DNA of 64,000 nt from assembly GCF_009834535.1 (NCBI RefSeq), contig NC_045697.1, positions 107,696,001-107,760,000 of the forward strand. The letters are read 5' to 3'. The position numbers and the translations under genes were made by a program. The stretch comes from Camelus ferus. Taxonomy: Eukaryota. Below are positions 63,991 to 64,000 of the stretch, piece by piece. The first letter of the stretch is position 1. Each line of letters starts with the position of its first letter. The notes beneath the pieces are model-generated. The model was not told where the DNA came from. It did no database searches and saw only the letters and a program-made list of their open reading frames with translations.

Positions 63991-64000
63991 TTTAGTCTTG

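Overview
Mammalian genomic DNA, AT-rich with no CpG island. It is almost certainly camelid (camel/llama/alpaca), judging from several copies of the tRNA-derived Vic-1-type SINE and young lineage-type L1 3' ends. I find no intact protein-coding exon. The supplied ORFs are chance ORFs or decayed L1 ORF2 fragments. The window looks like the interior of very long intron(s) of a gene transcribed on the + strand. Support: T/G-rich + strand, most young L1s antisense, and one well-formed ATG-free 127-nt exon at 51179-51305 that looks like a 5'-UTR exon; I cannot name the gene. A large part of the window is recognisable transposon relics (L1, L2, MIR, SINE, MaLR/ERVL/ERV1 LTRs, hAT and Tc1/mariner DNA elements), often nested, plus a U6 snRNA retropseudogene. 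The most notable observations are an L1 insertion carrying a ~225-bp 3' transduction, a triple GTCACGTG E-box cluster, a perfect AGGTCA-n3-AGGTCA (DR3) element, a duplicated L1 junction next to a TSD-less young L1, and candidate microexons. I see no convincing evidence of a wholly new biological system. Repeat subfamily names are from recalled consensus sequences and should be confirmed with RepeatMasker/Dfam; boundaries of old repeats are approximate.
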